Made by a program: the position numbers and the translations under genes. A DNA stretch of 63,225 nucleotides, the filler included, from Octopus bimaculoides (taxonomy: Eukaryota): the NCBI RefSeq assembly GCF_001194135.2. It is 6 parts of 6 records of this genome, joined end to end, with 100 filler letters (N's around TTAATTAATTAA, not from the genome) between each part and the next. Parts side by side here need not be neighbours in the genome. Positions count along the whole stretch, not along the records: positions 1 to 21,041 come from NC_068994.1; 5 more parts are not named here. The stretch is one strand, 5' to 3'. Below, one piece after another: positions 1-10,636 of the stretch. Numbering within the stretch: the stretch's first letter is position 1; each line of letters starts with the position of its first letter. The notes below the pieces were generated by a model. The model was given only the letters and a program-made list of their open reading frames with translations. It was not told the DNA's origin and made no database searches.

Positions 1-48
<48 letters not shown>
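1..48. repeat. (AG)n microsatellite
   Basis: Pure AG dinucleotide run at the window start. Confidence 0.98.
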
Positions 49-49
<1 letters not shown>

Positions 50-276
50 TCATTCTGTTGACAAAAAAATGGACATGACTACCTTGCCAAAAACAAATTT
101 CTGCACATGAAAGCAGAATCGAAAAGTTTCACTTTTTGAGTTTAGGAAAATACTCAGATTATGTGAATTTTTTTTTAGAATGATTCTCCTCTCCACTAAG
201 CACAGCCTGCATCATCTACCTCCATTCATGCATAGACAGACTGTTCCAAGCAACTTCCATTTGATCTTGTACAGAT

Positions 277-684
277 AGGCACAGGAGTGGCTATAGGTGC
301 AGGAGTGGCTGTGTGGTAAGTAGCTTGCTTACTAACCACATGTTTCCGGGTTCAGTCCCACTGCATGGCATCTTGGGCAAGTGTCTTCTACTATAGCCTC
401 GGGCCGACCAAAGTCTTGTGAGTGGATTTCGTCGACGGAAACTGAAAGAAGCCCGTCATATATATGTATATATATGTGTGTGTGTTTGTGTGTCTGTGTT
501 TGTCCCCCCACCATCGCTTGACAACCGATGCTGGTGTGCTTACGTCCCCGTAACTTAGCGGTTTGGCAAAAGAGATCGATAGAATAAGTACTAGGCTTAC
601 AAAGAATAAGTCCCAGGGTCGATTTGCTCGACTAAAGGCGATGCTCCTGCATGGCCACAGTCAAATGACTGAAACGAGTAAAAT
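277..684 (+). mobile_element. tRNA-derived SINE family A, full length, with internal (TA)/(TG) microsatellite
   Basis: Head with A-box-like TGGCTGTGTGG and B-box-like GGTTCAGTCC, body ...ggaaactgaaagaagcccgtc, microsatellite, then tail ...gactgaaacgagtaaaa. Related copies at 11722-12173, 52951-53342 and 57205-57483. Confidence 0.88.
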
Positions 685-1203
685 AGCATTACTTCTTCCG
701 TTAATCACCCTATATAGTGGCTAATGTTGTAACATTGCGATCCTCTTGGATTCCTAAAGAAGATTTGTGATTATTCAGCCTGGCTGTCAAAAACTTATTG
801 CATACAATACTTAAGTGCACTAAAACTCTTAAGAAAACGATGAAAGGAGTAAACAGAAAGAGTTATAAATCAAGAGGTCAGATAAAGAAAAACAAAATTA
901 TAGCTATAAGTACTTGTGTCATAGGTAGGATAAAACACAAAACAGAAAAGTGAACCATAAAAGAAGCATAAAACTGAAAAAAGAGCATAGACGCATCAAC
1001 AATGGTGCCGGCAAGACAAGTCTGACAGCAGGGTGAATTTTATGGAAGGTGAATACTCTATAGAATCTCTCTCTGTTGTTACTTTTCTTCCGTATGTGAT
1101 ACTTGCTTGTGATGATGAAAATATTTTCCCAGGATTGGAAAATATCGAATCTTGCCCCTTTTACCCTCAACCATTCTAATACATGCTTCATTATAAGTAA
1201 TAA

Positions 1204-1205
<2 letters not shown>

Positions 1206-1248
<43 letters not shown>

Positions 1249-1249
1249 T

Positions 1250-1330
<81 letters not shown>

Positions 1331-1427
1331 GAGTTAGGTAGGTAAGTCAGTGGGTTGGTAGGTAGATAGGTAGGTAAGTACATAGAGAGAGAGAAAGAAG
1401 AGAGAGAGAGAGAAAGAGAGAGAGAAG

Positions 1428-1479
<52 letters not shown>

Positions 1480-1480
1480 T

Positions 1481-1511
<31 letters not shown>

Positions 1512-1560
1512 CACACACAGACAAGCAGGGAGGCAGATAAACAGACAGGGAATTAGGTAT
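1206..1560. repeat. Compound microsatellite (AG)n/(AGAC)n/(AGGT)n
   Basis: Directly visible. Confidence 0.95.
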
Positions 1561-2026
1561 GTATGTCATTATTCAGTTTATTTCAAGATTCTTGTCAATA
1601 GAGAAAGAACCGGTTTCTAACCTAGATCCAAGTATGTATATATGTATGTATGTAGGTAAGTAGGTAGGGAGAGAGAGAGAGAGAGAGGATGAATGGAGAT
1701 AGAGAGAGAGAGATGGGATGACTGTAGAAAGAGAGAGAGAGAAGACATGATTGTAGAGGGAGGAAAGGAGACAGAACTGCTTGATCGGCTTTCAAAAAGG
1801 GAGATAACAAGTTAAGAGAGCAATCTTCCCGGTGACCTCACTTGACATTTGATTCTTTCATTGATGATACCAAATAACACAGTATTTTAAGGTTAGCTTA
1901 TGAGAAGCTGATCTACATTCATGGCTGCATGCTGGGAGGATGGTTCCATCTTTTTTTTTTTTTCACAGTTCTTGTACACGACTTGACTGATTCGGTCTTT
2001 CATGCCCATAGACCTTATTCACAACA

Positions 2027-2070
2027 CATGAATGCATCTCCAGAGAGCACTAAGCATTCTAAGGAATCTT
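2027..2070 (-). pseudogene. Possible decayed exon with a GDAFM motif (class III cyclase-like), very speculative
   Basis: Acceptor-like tattttag, then EDSLECLVLSGDAFMCCE*GL, which resembles the guanylyl cyclase motif ETIGDAYMVVSGL. Similarity does not extend further. Confidence 0.15.
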
Positions 2071-2269
2071 CTAAAATATTCATGATTCTAGACTTAGAAA
2101 TCCTCTGGAGATTACTTAACAATGACCTCTAGGCAATAGTCAATCATGGCAAACGATAATGAATTAATGAACACACACACACATAAATATTGGCATCACT
2201 GTCTTCATCGTCATTGTCATCATCACCGTCATCATTGTTGTCATAATCATTGCCATCATCACTGTCATC

Positions 2270-2282
2270 ATCATCGTCGTCG

Positions 2283-2313
<31 letters not shown>

Positions 2314-2540
2314 TGTTGTCATCATTTAACGTCCACTTTCCCCATACTTGCATAGGTCAGATGGAATTTGTCAAGGCAGATTTTTCTGTGGTTGGATGCC
2401 CTTCCTATCATCAACCAACCATTACCAATTTCCAAACAAGGTTCTAGTTCCCCATGGCCAGGCCAGTCCAGGCGTGTTTTTCATAGAAGACTGGAAACAA
2501 GCAATATCATATGTATGACAGCTCATTTAAAACCATCACA
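2270..2540 (-). mobile_element. SINE or LINE 3' end with RTE-type tail and (ATC)n
   Basis: catcatttaacgtccactttcc...ggatgcccttcct is shared with the copy at 18571-18897. Confidence 0.65.
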
Positions 2541-2576
2541 CGATGTCAAGACAAGGGTACACACACACATATACAT

Positions 2577-2654
2577 GGCAGAAACGTTAGCACGCCAGGT
2601 GAAATGCTTAGTGGTGTTTCATCTGTCATTATGTTCTGGGTTCTAATTCTGCCG

Positions 2655-2723
<69 letters not shown>

Positions 2724-2885
2724 TCTCCCCCCACTACTTGACAACTGGTGCTGGTGTGTCTACGTTCCTGTAACTTAGCAATTCAGCAAATGATAAAATA
2801 AATATTAAGTTTTTTTTTTAAAAGTCCTGGGATTGATTTGTTTGCTCCAGCTTGGCCACAATCAAATGACTGAAGCAAGTAAAGA
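2577..2885 (+). mobile_element. SINE B head fragment, (GT)n, SINE A tail
   Basis: gcagaaacgttagcacgcc matches the head at 23275. tttgtctcccc...gactgaagcaagtaaa matches the SINE A tail. Confidence 0.7.
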
Positions 2886-3112
2886 AGAAAGATAACTAAA
2901 TAAATAGATAAATAAGTAAATTACGGTTAATTGTGCCATATAAAAATAACTACACTGTCAAGAGAATGAAAAGATAAAAAGACAAAACAACAGAGAAATT
3001 AATAGAAAATAAGTTTTTTTTCATAAAAATAGACAACACGTAATGTTCTTATTTGAATTACAGGAATGAAACATGATAAAATTTATTAAGTGTGTTGTTA
3101 TCAACAGAAATG

Positions 3113-4309
3113 TTAGGTCATCCCCCAAAAATGCAGTTTTTGCAATTGCATGAACTAAACATCGGAGGGGGACAGGATAAACTACCTGCATCAACTTGCT
3201 ATAAAAGCAGGTAGTAATTTCAACTTGTATTTATTCTTAGTGCAAGTTTTGAAGAGTGCAGTTCAATTTTAACAGTTATTTTTTCAAAGCTATAATGGAA
3301 GTGTTAACGGAGCATATTCAGCATATTTTGCTTTATGAGTTCAATAAAGGCAACAATGCAATGGAAAGTACTAGGAATATTAATGCAGTATATGGGGATT
3401 GGACAATAAGCATAAGCCAGTGTCAATGGTGGTTCCAGAAATTCTGAGCCAGAAATTACAACCGAGAAGACAAGCCTCATTTAGGAAGATCTGAAGAGCT
3501 CAACAAGGATGTCCTGCAAATCCTGGTGGAACAAAATCCTATTGTAACTGTTGAGGAACTAGTAGAGAAGCTTGGATTTGGTCATTCAACTATTAATTGA
3601 CACCTGCATGCCACCAGAAAAGTCAGCAAATTGGGTCAATTGGTTCCTCACAAACTTTCCGAGTCTAATCGCGTGCAGAGAGAGAATGTCAAGCACCAAA
3701 GACAGTGAGTAGGGAAAGGAGAAACACCGACACCCCAGGCTAAAGAAGGGCTTCACCCATGTAAGGTGTTGCTATCTGTTTGGTGGGATATGAAAGGTTT
3801 AGTCCACTCTGAACTTTTAAACCCAAACCAAACAATAACAAAGGAGATCTACTGCAAGCAGCTTGAGTGGCTTAAGTCAGCACTAGAAGAAAAATGACCA
3901 TCTTTGGTTTCAAGATGAAAGGTGTTCTTCCATCAGGATAATGTTTGGCCACATACAGCGAGGATGACATTCCAAAGTCTGGAGCAGTTTGATTGGGAAA
4001 TAATGCCCCACCCACCATATTCACTGGATATTGCCCTTTCAGGTTATCATTTATTCTGCAGTGTTCGAAATCATTTCGACAGAAAAAATATGAATTCTGT
4101 AGACAAGGTCAAAACAGTACAGGAGGAGTATTTTTGATCATAAGCAAGTGAATCTTGGAAGAGGGGCCTTGCAAGTCTACCAGATAGATGGAAGAGCATT
4201 ATAGAAAATGAAGGTGAGTGTAGTTTAGATTAAAAACGAACTTTGTTTATCTTAATTTAGAAAAATAAAAGCAGTATAAAAAAATCGCATTATTTATGGG
4301 ATGACCCAA
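3113..4309 (+). mobile_element. mariner (DD34D-type) transposon, defective
   Basis: Degenerate TIRs ttaggtcatccccc at 3113 and ttatgggatgacccaa ending at 4309, followed by TA. Disrupted transposase with HILLYEF, LVPHKL, KVLLSVWWD, FHQDNVWPH and HPPYSLDIALSGYHLF. The segment carrying the first catalytic Asp (TGDEKW) is deleted near 3690. Confidence 0.93.
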
Positions 4310-5214
4310 TATTTTAAAATCTGCTTTCAAAATTTCATAATCAAAAGTGACAATAGTAAAAAAAACAAAAAGAAAAAAATCAAACAAAGCAAACCACAAC
4401 AAAAAAAATATACAAAAATAATTAATACATAACAAGACTATTGAGAAGTAAATTTTATTATATGTTAATGGATTACACATTGTTGATCTATTTTTTAAAA
4501 AATTCTATTAGTCTAGTTTACACNNNNNNNNNNNNNNNNNNNNNNNNNNNNNNNNNNNNNNNNNNNNNNNNNNNNNNNNNNNNNNNNNNNNNNNNNNNNN
4601 NNNNNNNNNNNNNNNNNNNNNNNNNNNNNNNNNNNNNNNNNNNNNNNNNNNNNNNNNNNNNNNNNNNNNNNNNNNNNNNNNNNNNNNNNNNNNNNNNNNN
4701 NNNNNNNNNNNNNNNNNNNNNNNNNNNNNNNNNNNNNNNNNNNNNNNNNNNNNNNNNNNNNNNNNNNNNNNNNNNNNNNNNNNNNNNNNNNNNNNNNNNN
4801 NNNNNNNNNNNNNNNNNNNNNNNNNNNNNNNNNNNNNNNNNNNNNNNNNNNNNNNNNNNNNNNNNNNNNNNNNNNNNNNNNNNNNNNNNNNNNNNNNNNN
4901 NNNNNNNNNNNNNNNNNNNNNNNNNNNNNNNNNNNNNNNNNNNNNNNNNNNNNNNNNNNNNNNNNNNNNNNNNNNNNNNNNNNNNNNNNNNNNNNNNNNN
5001 NNNNNNNNNNNNNNNNNNNNNNNNNNNNNNNNNNNNNNNNNNNNNNNNNNNNNNNNNNNNNNNNNNNNNNNNNNNNNNNNNNNNNNNNNNNNNNNNNNNN
5101 NNNNNNNNNNNNNNNNNNNNNNNNNNNNNNNNNNNNNNNNNNNNNNNNNNNNNNNNNNNNNNNNNNNNNNNNNNNNNNNNNNNNNNNNNNNNNNNTATAT
5201 ATATATATATATGC

Positions 5215-5375
5215 ATACATGACGAACTTCTTTCAGTTTCTGTCTCCCAAAATCCCCTCACAAGGCTTTGGTCAGCCCTAGGCTATACTAGAAGATACTT
5301 GCCCAAGGTGCCATGCAGTGGAGACTAAATCCAGAACCATGTGGAGCTAGCTTCTTATCACGCAACCATGCCTGC
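5215..5375 (-). mobile_element. SINE A head
   Basis: Reverse-complement match to 300-455. Confidence 0.85.
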
Positions 5376-5409
5376 AAATAATTCCATTATTTCAATTCTA
5401 TTGTCTTAC

Positions 5410-5485
5410 TCTTGGATACATAAAGGATTTCGCTTCCATATCTACTTGTCTATAACCAGTCATAATAGAATATATATGACAGACT
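5410..5485 (-). pseudogene. Decayed kinase gene, subdomain XI-like exon end
   Basis: Reads VCHIYSIMTGYRQVDMEAKSFMYPR, then donor GTAAGA at 5409. Resembles the tyrosine kinase pattern IYxIMxxCWxxDPxxRPxF. Confidence 0.5.
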
Positions 5486-5519
5486 TGCATTCATAATTAG
5501 ATTGATATTCATGTCAATT

Positions 5520-5722
5520 GAAGGCAGCACACCGGCAGGATCACTTATGTACCAGGCATTTCGTCCATCTTTACATTTTGAGTTCAAATTCCACCAAGGT
5601 TAATTTTTGCCTTTCATGCTTTCAGAATCAATGAAACAAGTACCAGTCAAGTGCTGGCGTCGATGTTATTTACTAAACCCCTTTCCCAAAATTGTTGGCC
5701 TTGGGTCAAAATTGTAAGCTAT
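5520..5722 (+). mobile_element. Older SINE B-type copy
   Basis: tgagttcaaattccaccaagg...gcctttcat...aagtaccag core, tail aaaattgttggccttg. Confidence 0.8.
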
Positions 5723-5747
5723 TAATTTCAACTTAGTGATTCTGTAC

Positions 5748-5833
5748 TTGCTCTGTTACTATCATCCTATAACACTTGCTTCAACTCCAATGAACAACTG
5801 GGTGGAAAGGTCGATCCAATTCACAGAATATTT
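5748..5833 (-). pseudogene. Decayed kinase gene, subdomain IX-X-like segment
   Basis: Acceptor gatttcag, then (E)IFCELDRPF, like tyrosine kinase WEIFSxGxRPY. A frameshift leads to SLELKQVL*DDSNR. Confidence 0.35.
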
Positions 5834-6225
5834 CTGAAATCCAATACACTTTAATTAAACAAATTAGAATAATCAAGTTGAATATGGCAAGAGTAAATGG
5901 GCAGATTTACTTCATTTTTGTTGGATGTTAATTAACAGACTTGCAATTCTATTTTACTATTTTGATGCCTTTAACCCATTATACAATAATTGAGTTTAAC
6001 TATTGTTTTTGCCTCGTAAATAACATCATCAGTTGATTGAATCATATAGTTATTAATATGTTATTGTCCACATAATGCTAACGATCCCCATTAAATCAAA
6101 TCAGAATTTTCAAACAGATAAGAAACATTTTATCATTTATAATTTCTACTTTAACCTTATGCTTGTTATAGTTATTATAATTGCCTATTTTGTTCACTAA
6201 TCTTTTGTTAATATATACACTTATG

Positions 6226-6445
6226 ATGGTGGGAAGCCAGCAGAACCATTAGCACACCGGGCAAAATGCGTAGCAGCATTTCATCCATCTGTAAGTTCTG
6301 AGTTCAAATTCTGCCAAAGTTGACTTTACTTTTCATCCTTTTGGGATCAATAAAATAAGTACCAGATGAACACTGAGGTTGATGTAATCAACTTAACTCC
6401 TCCCCTGAAATTGCTGGCCTTGTGTCAAAATTTGAAATCAATATA
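6226..6445 (+). mobile_element. Older SINE B-type copy
   Basis: gcagaaccattagcacaccggg...ttctgagttcaaattc...aaattgctggccttgtgtcaaaatttgaaa. Confidence 0.85.
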
Positions 6446-6572
6446 TACATTTATGGCTGTGTGGTTAGGCATAAGCATAGCTGTGTGGTTAGGTACTGAC
6501 TTAATTGTATGGTTAAGAAGTTCGGCTTGCAACTTCACGATTTCAGGTTCAGTCCTACTCTGCGACCCCTTA

Positions 6573-6731
6573 GATGGGCTTCTTTCAGATTCTGTCAACC
6601 AAAATCCCCTCACAAGCTTTGGTCAGCCTAAGGCTATAGTAGAAGACACTTGCCCAAGGTGCCATGCAGTGGAACTAAACCCAGAACCATGTGGTTGGGA
6701 AGCAAATTTCTTATCACAGAACAACACCTGC
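6573..6731 (-). mobile_element. SINE A head, part of a local duplication
   Basis: Paralogous to 5221-5375 and shares the variant aaaatcccctcacaag. Confidence 0.85.
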
Positions 6732-6787
6732 AAATAATTCCATTATTTCAATTCTATTGTCTTACTCTTGGATACATAAAGGATGTT

Positions 6788-6902
6788 ACTTCCTACTGTA
6801 GCACTGAGTGAAGTTGGTACAGAGGGAAAATGTCTTGCTATTTCCATCATGAATTATTTCTATGGTGTACTGCTTAGGTAATGTTTCAGCTACAGTAGGT
6901 GT
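6788..6902 (-). pseudogene. Decayed kinase gene, subdomain VIII-IX-like exon
   Basis: Acceptor aattttcag, then TPTVAETLPKQYTIEIIHDG (like LPxxWTAPE). A shifted frame gives QDIFPL...VLQ*E (like SDVWS...LLWE). Confidence 0.35.
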
Positions 6903-7648
6903 CTGAAAATTTACATCAATTAGCAATGAAAATTTATGATTCTGATTCATTGCTTGCTTCTTGAGAGTGTTGCTCAGGCAACCCATAGCTACCATCTTAC
7001 ATTTTTTTTTTCCAGATACTTCTTCCCACCCTTATATAAAGAAGTTTGCTTCCCAACCACATGGTTCCAGGTTCACTCCCACAGCATGGCATCTNNNNNN
7101 NNNNNNNNNNNNNNNNNNNNNNNNNNNNNNNNNNNNNNNNNNNNNNNNNNNNNNNNNNNNNNNNNNNNNNNNNNNNNNNNNNNNNNNNNNNNNNNNNNNN
7201 NNNNNNNNNNNNNNNNNNNNNNNNNNNNNNNNNNNNNNNNNNNNNNNNNNNNNNNNNNNNNNNNNNNNNNNNNNNNNNNNNNNNNNNNNNNNNNNNNNNN
7301 NNNNNNNNNNNNNNNNNNNNNNNNNNNNNNNNNNNNNNNNNNNNNNNNNNNNNNNNNNNNNNNNNNNNNNNNNNNNNNNNNNNNNNNNNNNNNNNNNNNN
7401 NNNNNNNNNNNNNNNNNNNNNNNNNNNNNNNNNNNNNNNNNNNNNNNNNNNNNNNNNNNNNNNNNNNNNNNNNNNNNNNNNNNNNNNNNNNNNNNNNNNN
7501 NNNNNNNNNNNNNNNNNNNNNNNNNNNNNNNNNNNNNNNNNNNNNNNNNNNNNNNNNNNNNNNNNNNNNNNNNNNNNNNNNNNNNNNNNNNNNNNNNNNN
7601 NNNNNNNNNNNNNNNNNNNNNNNNNNNNNNNNNNNNNNNNNNNNNNNN

Positions 7649-7898
7649 NNNNNNNNNNTAACACAGAGTGACAAGGTTGACCCTTTGAATTACAGGCACA
7701 ACAGAAACAGGAAGTAAGAGTGAGAGAAAGTTGTGGTGAAAGAGTACAGCAGGGTTTGCCACCATCCCCTGCCGGAGCTTTATGGAGCTTTAGGTGTTTT
7801 CGCTCAGTAAACACTCACAACGCCTGGTCTGGGAATCAAAACCACGATCCTATGACCGTGAGTCTGCTGCCCTAACCACTGGGCCATTGTGCCTCCAC
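7649..7898 (-). mobile_element. tRNA-derived SINE family C, 5' part
   Basis: Reverse complement of the head at 17250. The rest is lost in an N gap. Confidence 0.9.
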
Positions 7899-7972
7899 AA
7901 ATGACAATGCTACATATTAATGAATTCACACAATGTTGTAGCTATTAAGTTTTTTTTTGAGATTTAGTTTAA

Positions 7973-8191
7973 CTTTTTAGCATTTAAATCGACCATATTG
8001 GGCCCAAATTTTCTACCTGTTTTCTGCTCAAAATGACCAGATCCGGTTTTTCACACCTCCCCTACAATGTCATGCTAAAATAGATAGTTCCATCATTGAA
8101 ATCTCAAGGCTACAAAATAATGCATGATTAATTCAAAACAGTATAAATTAATAAGCATTACATTTGACAGAGTAATCTGAATGCTGAAGGG
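7973..8191. mobile_element. piggyBac-type MITE
   Basis: TTAA at 7969-7972 and 8192-8195. Imperfect TIRs ctttttagcatt and aatgctgaaggg. Confidence 0.75.
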
Positions 8192-8229
8192 TTAAAATGA
8201 AATCAGGATCCACAGAGAGAAAGGTTTAC

Positions 8230-8583
8230 CTATTCAAATTCACCATGTAATTTATCTTTGCTGAAGCCATAGTCTTCTAGAATTAACCTTCCAAATGTCT
8301 CAAACATATCAGCTATCAGGTAAATATCCGGCTTCGTGTTCATTCTGATCTTCTGTCCTGCCATTGCCATCTTATCTATATACATTAATCCTTCTAATAT
8401 GCAATGAGATATATATGAATATTTATCATTCAACTCCTTGGTGTTGATATTTGGTCAACTGTAATTCATTCATGGTGAAAGTCACATCATCAACTATAAA
8501 AAGAGGACTGTATGTGGTAGGACATGTTGTGGAGGATTTTGCAGGTGTCTGGGATCAACAGACAACTTCTAGTCTTGAAGTCT
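8230..8583 (-). pseudogene. Decayed kinase-like exon, subdomains III-VII
   Basis: Acceptor tatatag at 8585-8584 (phase 1). Reads (E)TSRLEVVC*SQTPAKSSTTCPTTYSPLFIVDDVTFTMNELQL, then a +1 frameshift between 8454 and 8429, then ELNDKYSYISHCILEGLMYIDKMAMAGQKIRMNTKPDIYLIADMFETFGRLILEDYGFSKDKLH. Donors GTGAAT at 8243 or GTAAAC at 8229. Spacing from LFIV to the catalytic loop is about 48 aa and from the loop to DYG is 21 aa, which fits a kinase fold. Confidence 0.65.
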
Positions 8584-8593
8584 CTATATAAAT

Positions 8594-8836
8594 GATTTCA
8601 GTTTTTGGCACGAGGCCAGAAATTTCAGGGACGGGGTAAGTCAATTGCATTGACCACAGTGTTTCACTGGTACTTAATTTATCAACCCTGAAAGGATGAA
8701 AGGCAAAGTTGACCTCGGCAAAGTTGACCGCGGCAAAGTTGACCGCGGCAAAGTTGACCGCGGCAAAGTTGACCTCGGCAAAGTTGACCTTGGCAAAATT
8801 TGAACTCAGGCATGCTAACAATTCTGCCAGCTCACC
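8594..8836 (-). mobile_element. Older SINE B-type copy with an internal 15-bp tandem repeat
   Basis: SINE core ggtacttaatttatcaaccctgaaaggatgaaaggcaaagttgacc. Six copies of ggcaaagttgaccNN at 8702-8791. Confidence 0.9.
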
Positions 8837-8949
8837 AATGTCCTAGAATTTCTGTTCTGGTGAATGATATGAGTCAAAACCTTTCCTTATGAATGGCTGA
8901 CTCTGTGGCTTCTCTTTTTCCTAACCTTTATAAATTGGTTTCACATGTG

Positions 8950-9850
8950 CAACCATGATGGAAATGGTTTCAAAATTGGTGCAAGTCATATCAGCCAGCT
9001 GATATTTGCAGATAACATGATATCACTTGTCAGAAGGTAATCTTCAGCATGCAATAAAGAGGTTTACTGATGTGTGCAAGGATGAATATCAGTGTTGCAA
9101 GACTGAGGTGTTGCTCCTCTTGAAAAAACCTGCTTAGTGCACCTAATATGTTATTGGAGCCACACTGGGGCAAATGAAGAAATTCAAGTATCTTGGGACT
9201 TAGAAATAATACATTTCTAAATCTCTCAGAGAGATTTATGCAGTAGTGATACGATGAAGTATTTGTATGTTGTCAACTTAATGTGACAGTCCCATGAAGG
9301 GAATAACATTACTGATGTTTAGACCTAGGAAGCTGCACCGTTTCCTGTCAACCGTGACACATTTCCTGTGTCCTTATGTGCTTGTCCCCCCCTTGTAAAC
9401 ATAAGGACACAGGAAATGTGTCAAGGCTGACAGGAAGCAGTGCAGCTTCTTAGGTCTAACCAACAGTAGTATTATTCCCTTCAGAGGACTATCACATTAA
9501 GTTGACAGCATATAACTACTTTATCTTGTGACTGTTTCAATGTGTGGTGGAAAGGGCAAGAGATTGAATTGAATGCAAGAATTGCTGGTGATGGTAACAA
9601 TAACGTGCCAGCTACAGCCTTTGGTTGTTAGAAGAAAGCTGATAGGTAAAAAGGCCAAACTCACAACCTTCAAATTGGTTTTTGTTCTTATGGTCAAGAG
9701 TCTTGGATAGGGACCGAATGAATACAACTGTGAATACAAATGGTCAAGATGAGGTTTCTCCCATTGGTCGTTAAAATAATCCTGATTGAGTACATAGCTC
9801 AGAGGTTAGAGAGTTGCTCCAGGCTGAGCACTTCTTTGTATTGATGGCTC
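8950..9850 (+). mobile_element. Degenerate RTE-type LINE reverse transcriptase fragment, interrupted by a foldback MITE
   Basis: GFKIG..ISQLIFADN, KFKYLG, YGQESW and MRFL across frameshifts. Confidence 0.7.
9268..9510. mobile_element. Foldback MITE with TA TSD and 114-bp arms
   Basis: 9266-9379 is the reverse complement of 9399-9512 at roughly 88% identity, with a 19-nt loop and TA at both ends. Confidence 0.9.
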
Positions 9851-9911
9851 ACAGTGTCAGTACCACTAGCATATGGTTAGAATGTCTGAGGAAAGAATTG
9901 CAGGAAAGAAT

Positions 9912-10153
9912 TGCTTCAGCTGCTTGTGAGCAGATGTAGATACCTTTGATCCATCAGAATGTCCAAGATGTGCCATTCAATGGGGAGAGAGGGCTGCACT
10001 GGCACTCGGATGGGATGCATTTTCAGCTGAGTAGACTGAAGCAACATGAAGTGAAGTGTCTTGCTCAAAGACACAATATACAACCTACTTTGGGAATTGA
10101 ACCCACAAGCTAATGAGTATGAGTTTAATACCTTAACTGCAAGGCCACACACC
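9912..10153 (-). mobile_element. tRNA-derived SINE family D, diverged
   Basis: gggaattgaacc B-box on the minus strand and aagtgtcttgctcaa. Related to 18158-18470. Confidence 0.65.
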
Positions 10154-10636
10154 TTTCTTGAATAAAATATGAGTAAAGTATCTAATGAGACCACCTTTAC
10201 AAATTTATGACTGTCTGGTAATGTGAGGAATAAATATTATTGGTGTTGATGTTGGAAGGAGTGCCAGTATAGACGCTTTATCAGAGAGAGAAAGAGGCGG
10301 AAAAAGAAAGAAAGAAAAACACCATTATTATATATATATATGTATATATATATATAAGTATATACATATATTTGACCTAACACAGTCAAGCCAGCAAGGG
10401 ATTCTCTACATAGTTGTTTCTCTTGCACAAAATAGCAGCTAAATTTCTTCAACTTAAATCCTACTGTTAAGAAAAAGTGAAGAATCTTGGCAAATGGATT
10501 CCTGAATATCCTAAAGAGACAGGACAATTATTGCAAGGACATCATTGATCATAAGCCTGTTTAGTCAGAGCTGACCTGGGGTTAAATAACAACAACAACA
10601 TTAACAGCAAGAGTAGTAACAGCAGCAACAACTTAC

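Noticed and set aside
919-1200. About 95 open codons on the minus strand and about 60 on the plus strand in unique sequence
   Set aside because: No recognisable motif, and the strand cannot be resolved.
8290-8345. DIYLIADMFETF resembles the Polinton/Maverick DNA polymerase motif DVLLLADVFENF
   Set aside because: The flanks do not match pPolB. The kinase reading explains more motifs, their spacing and the splice phase.
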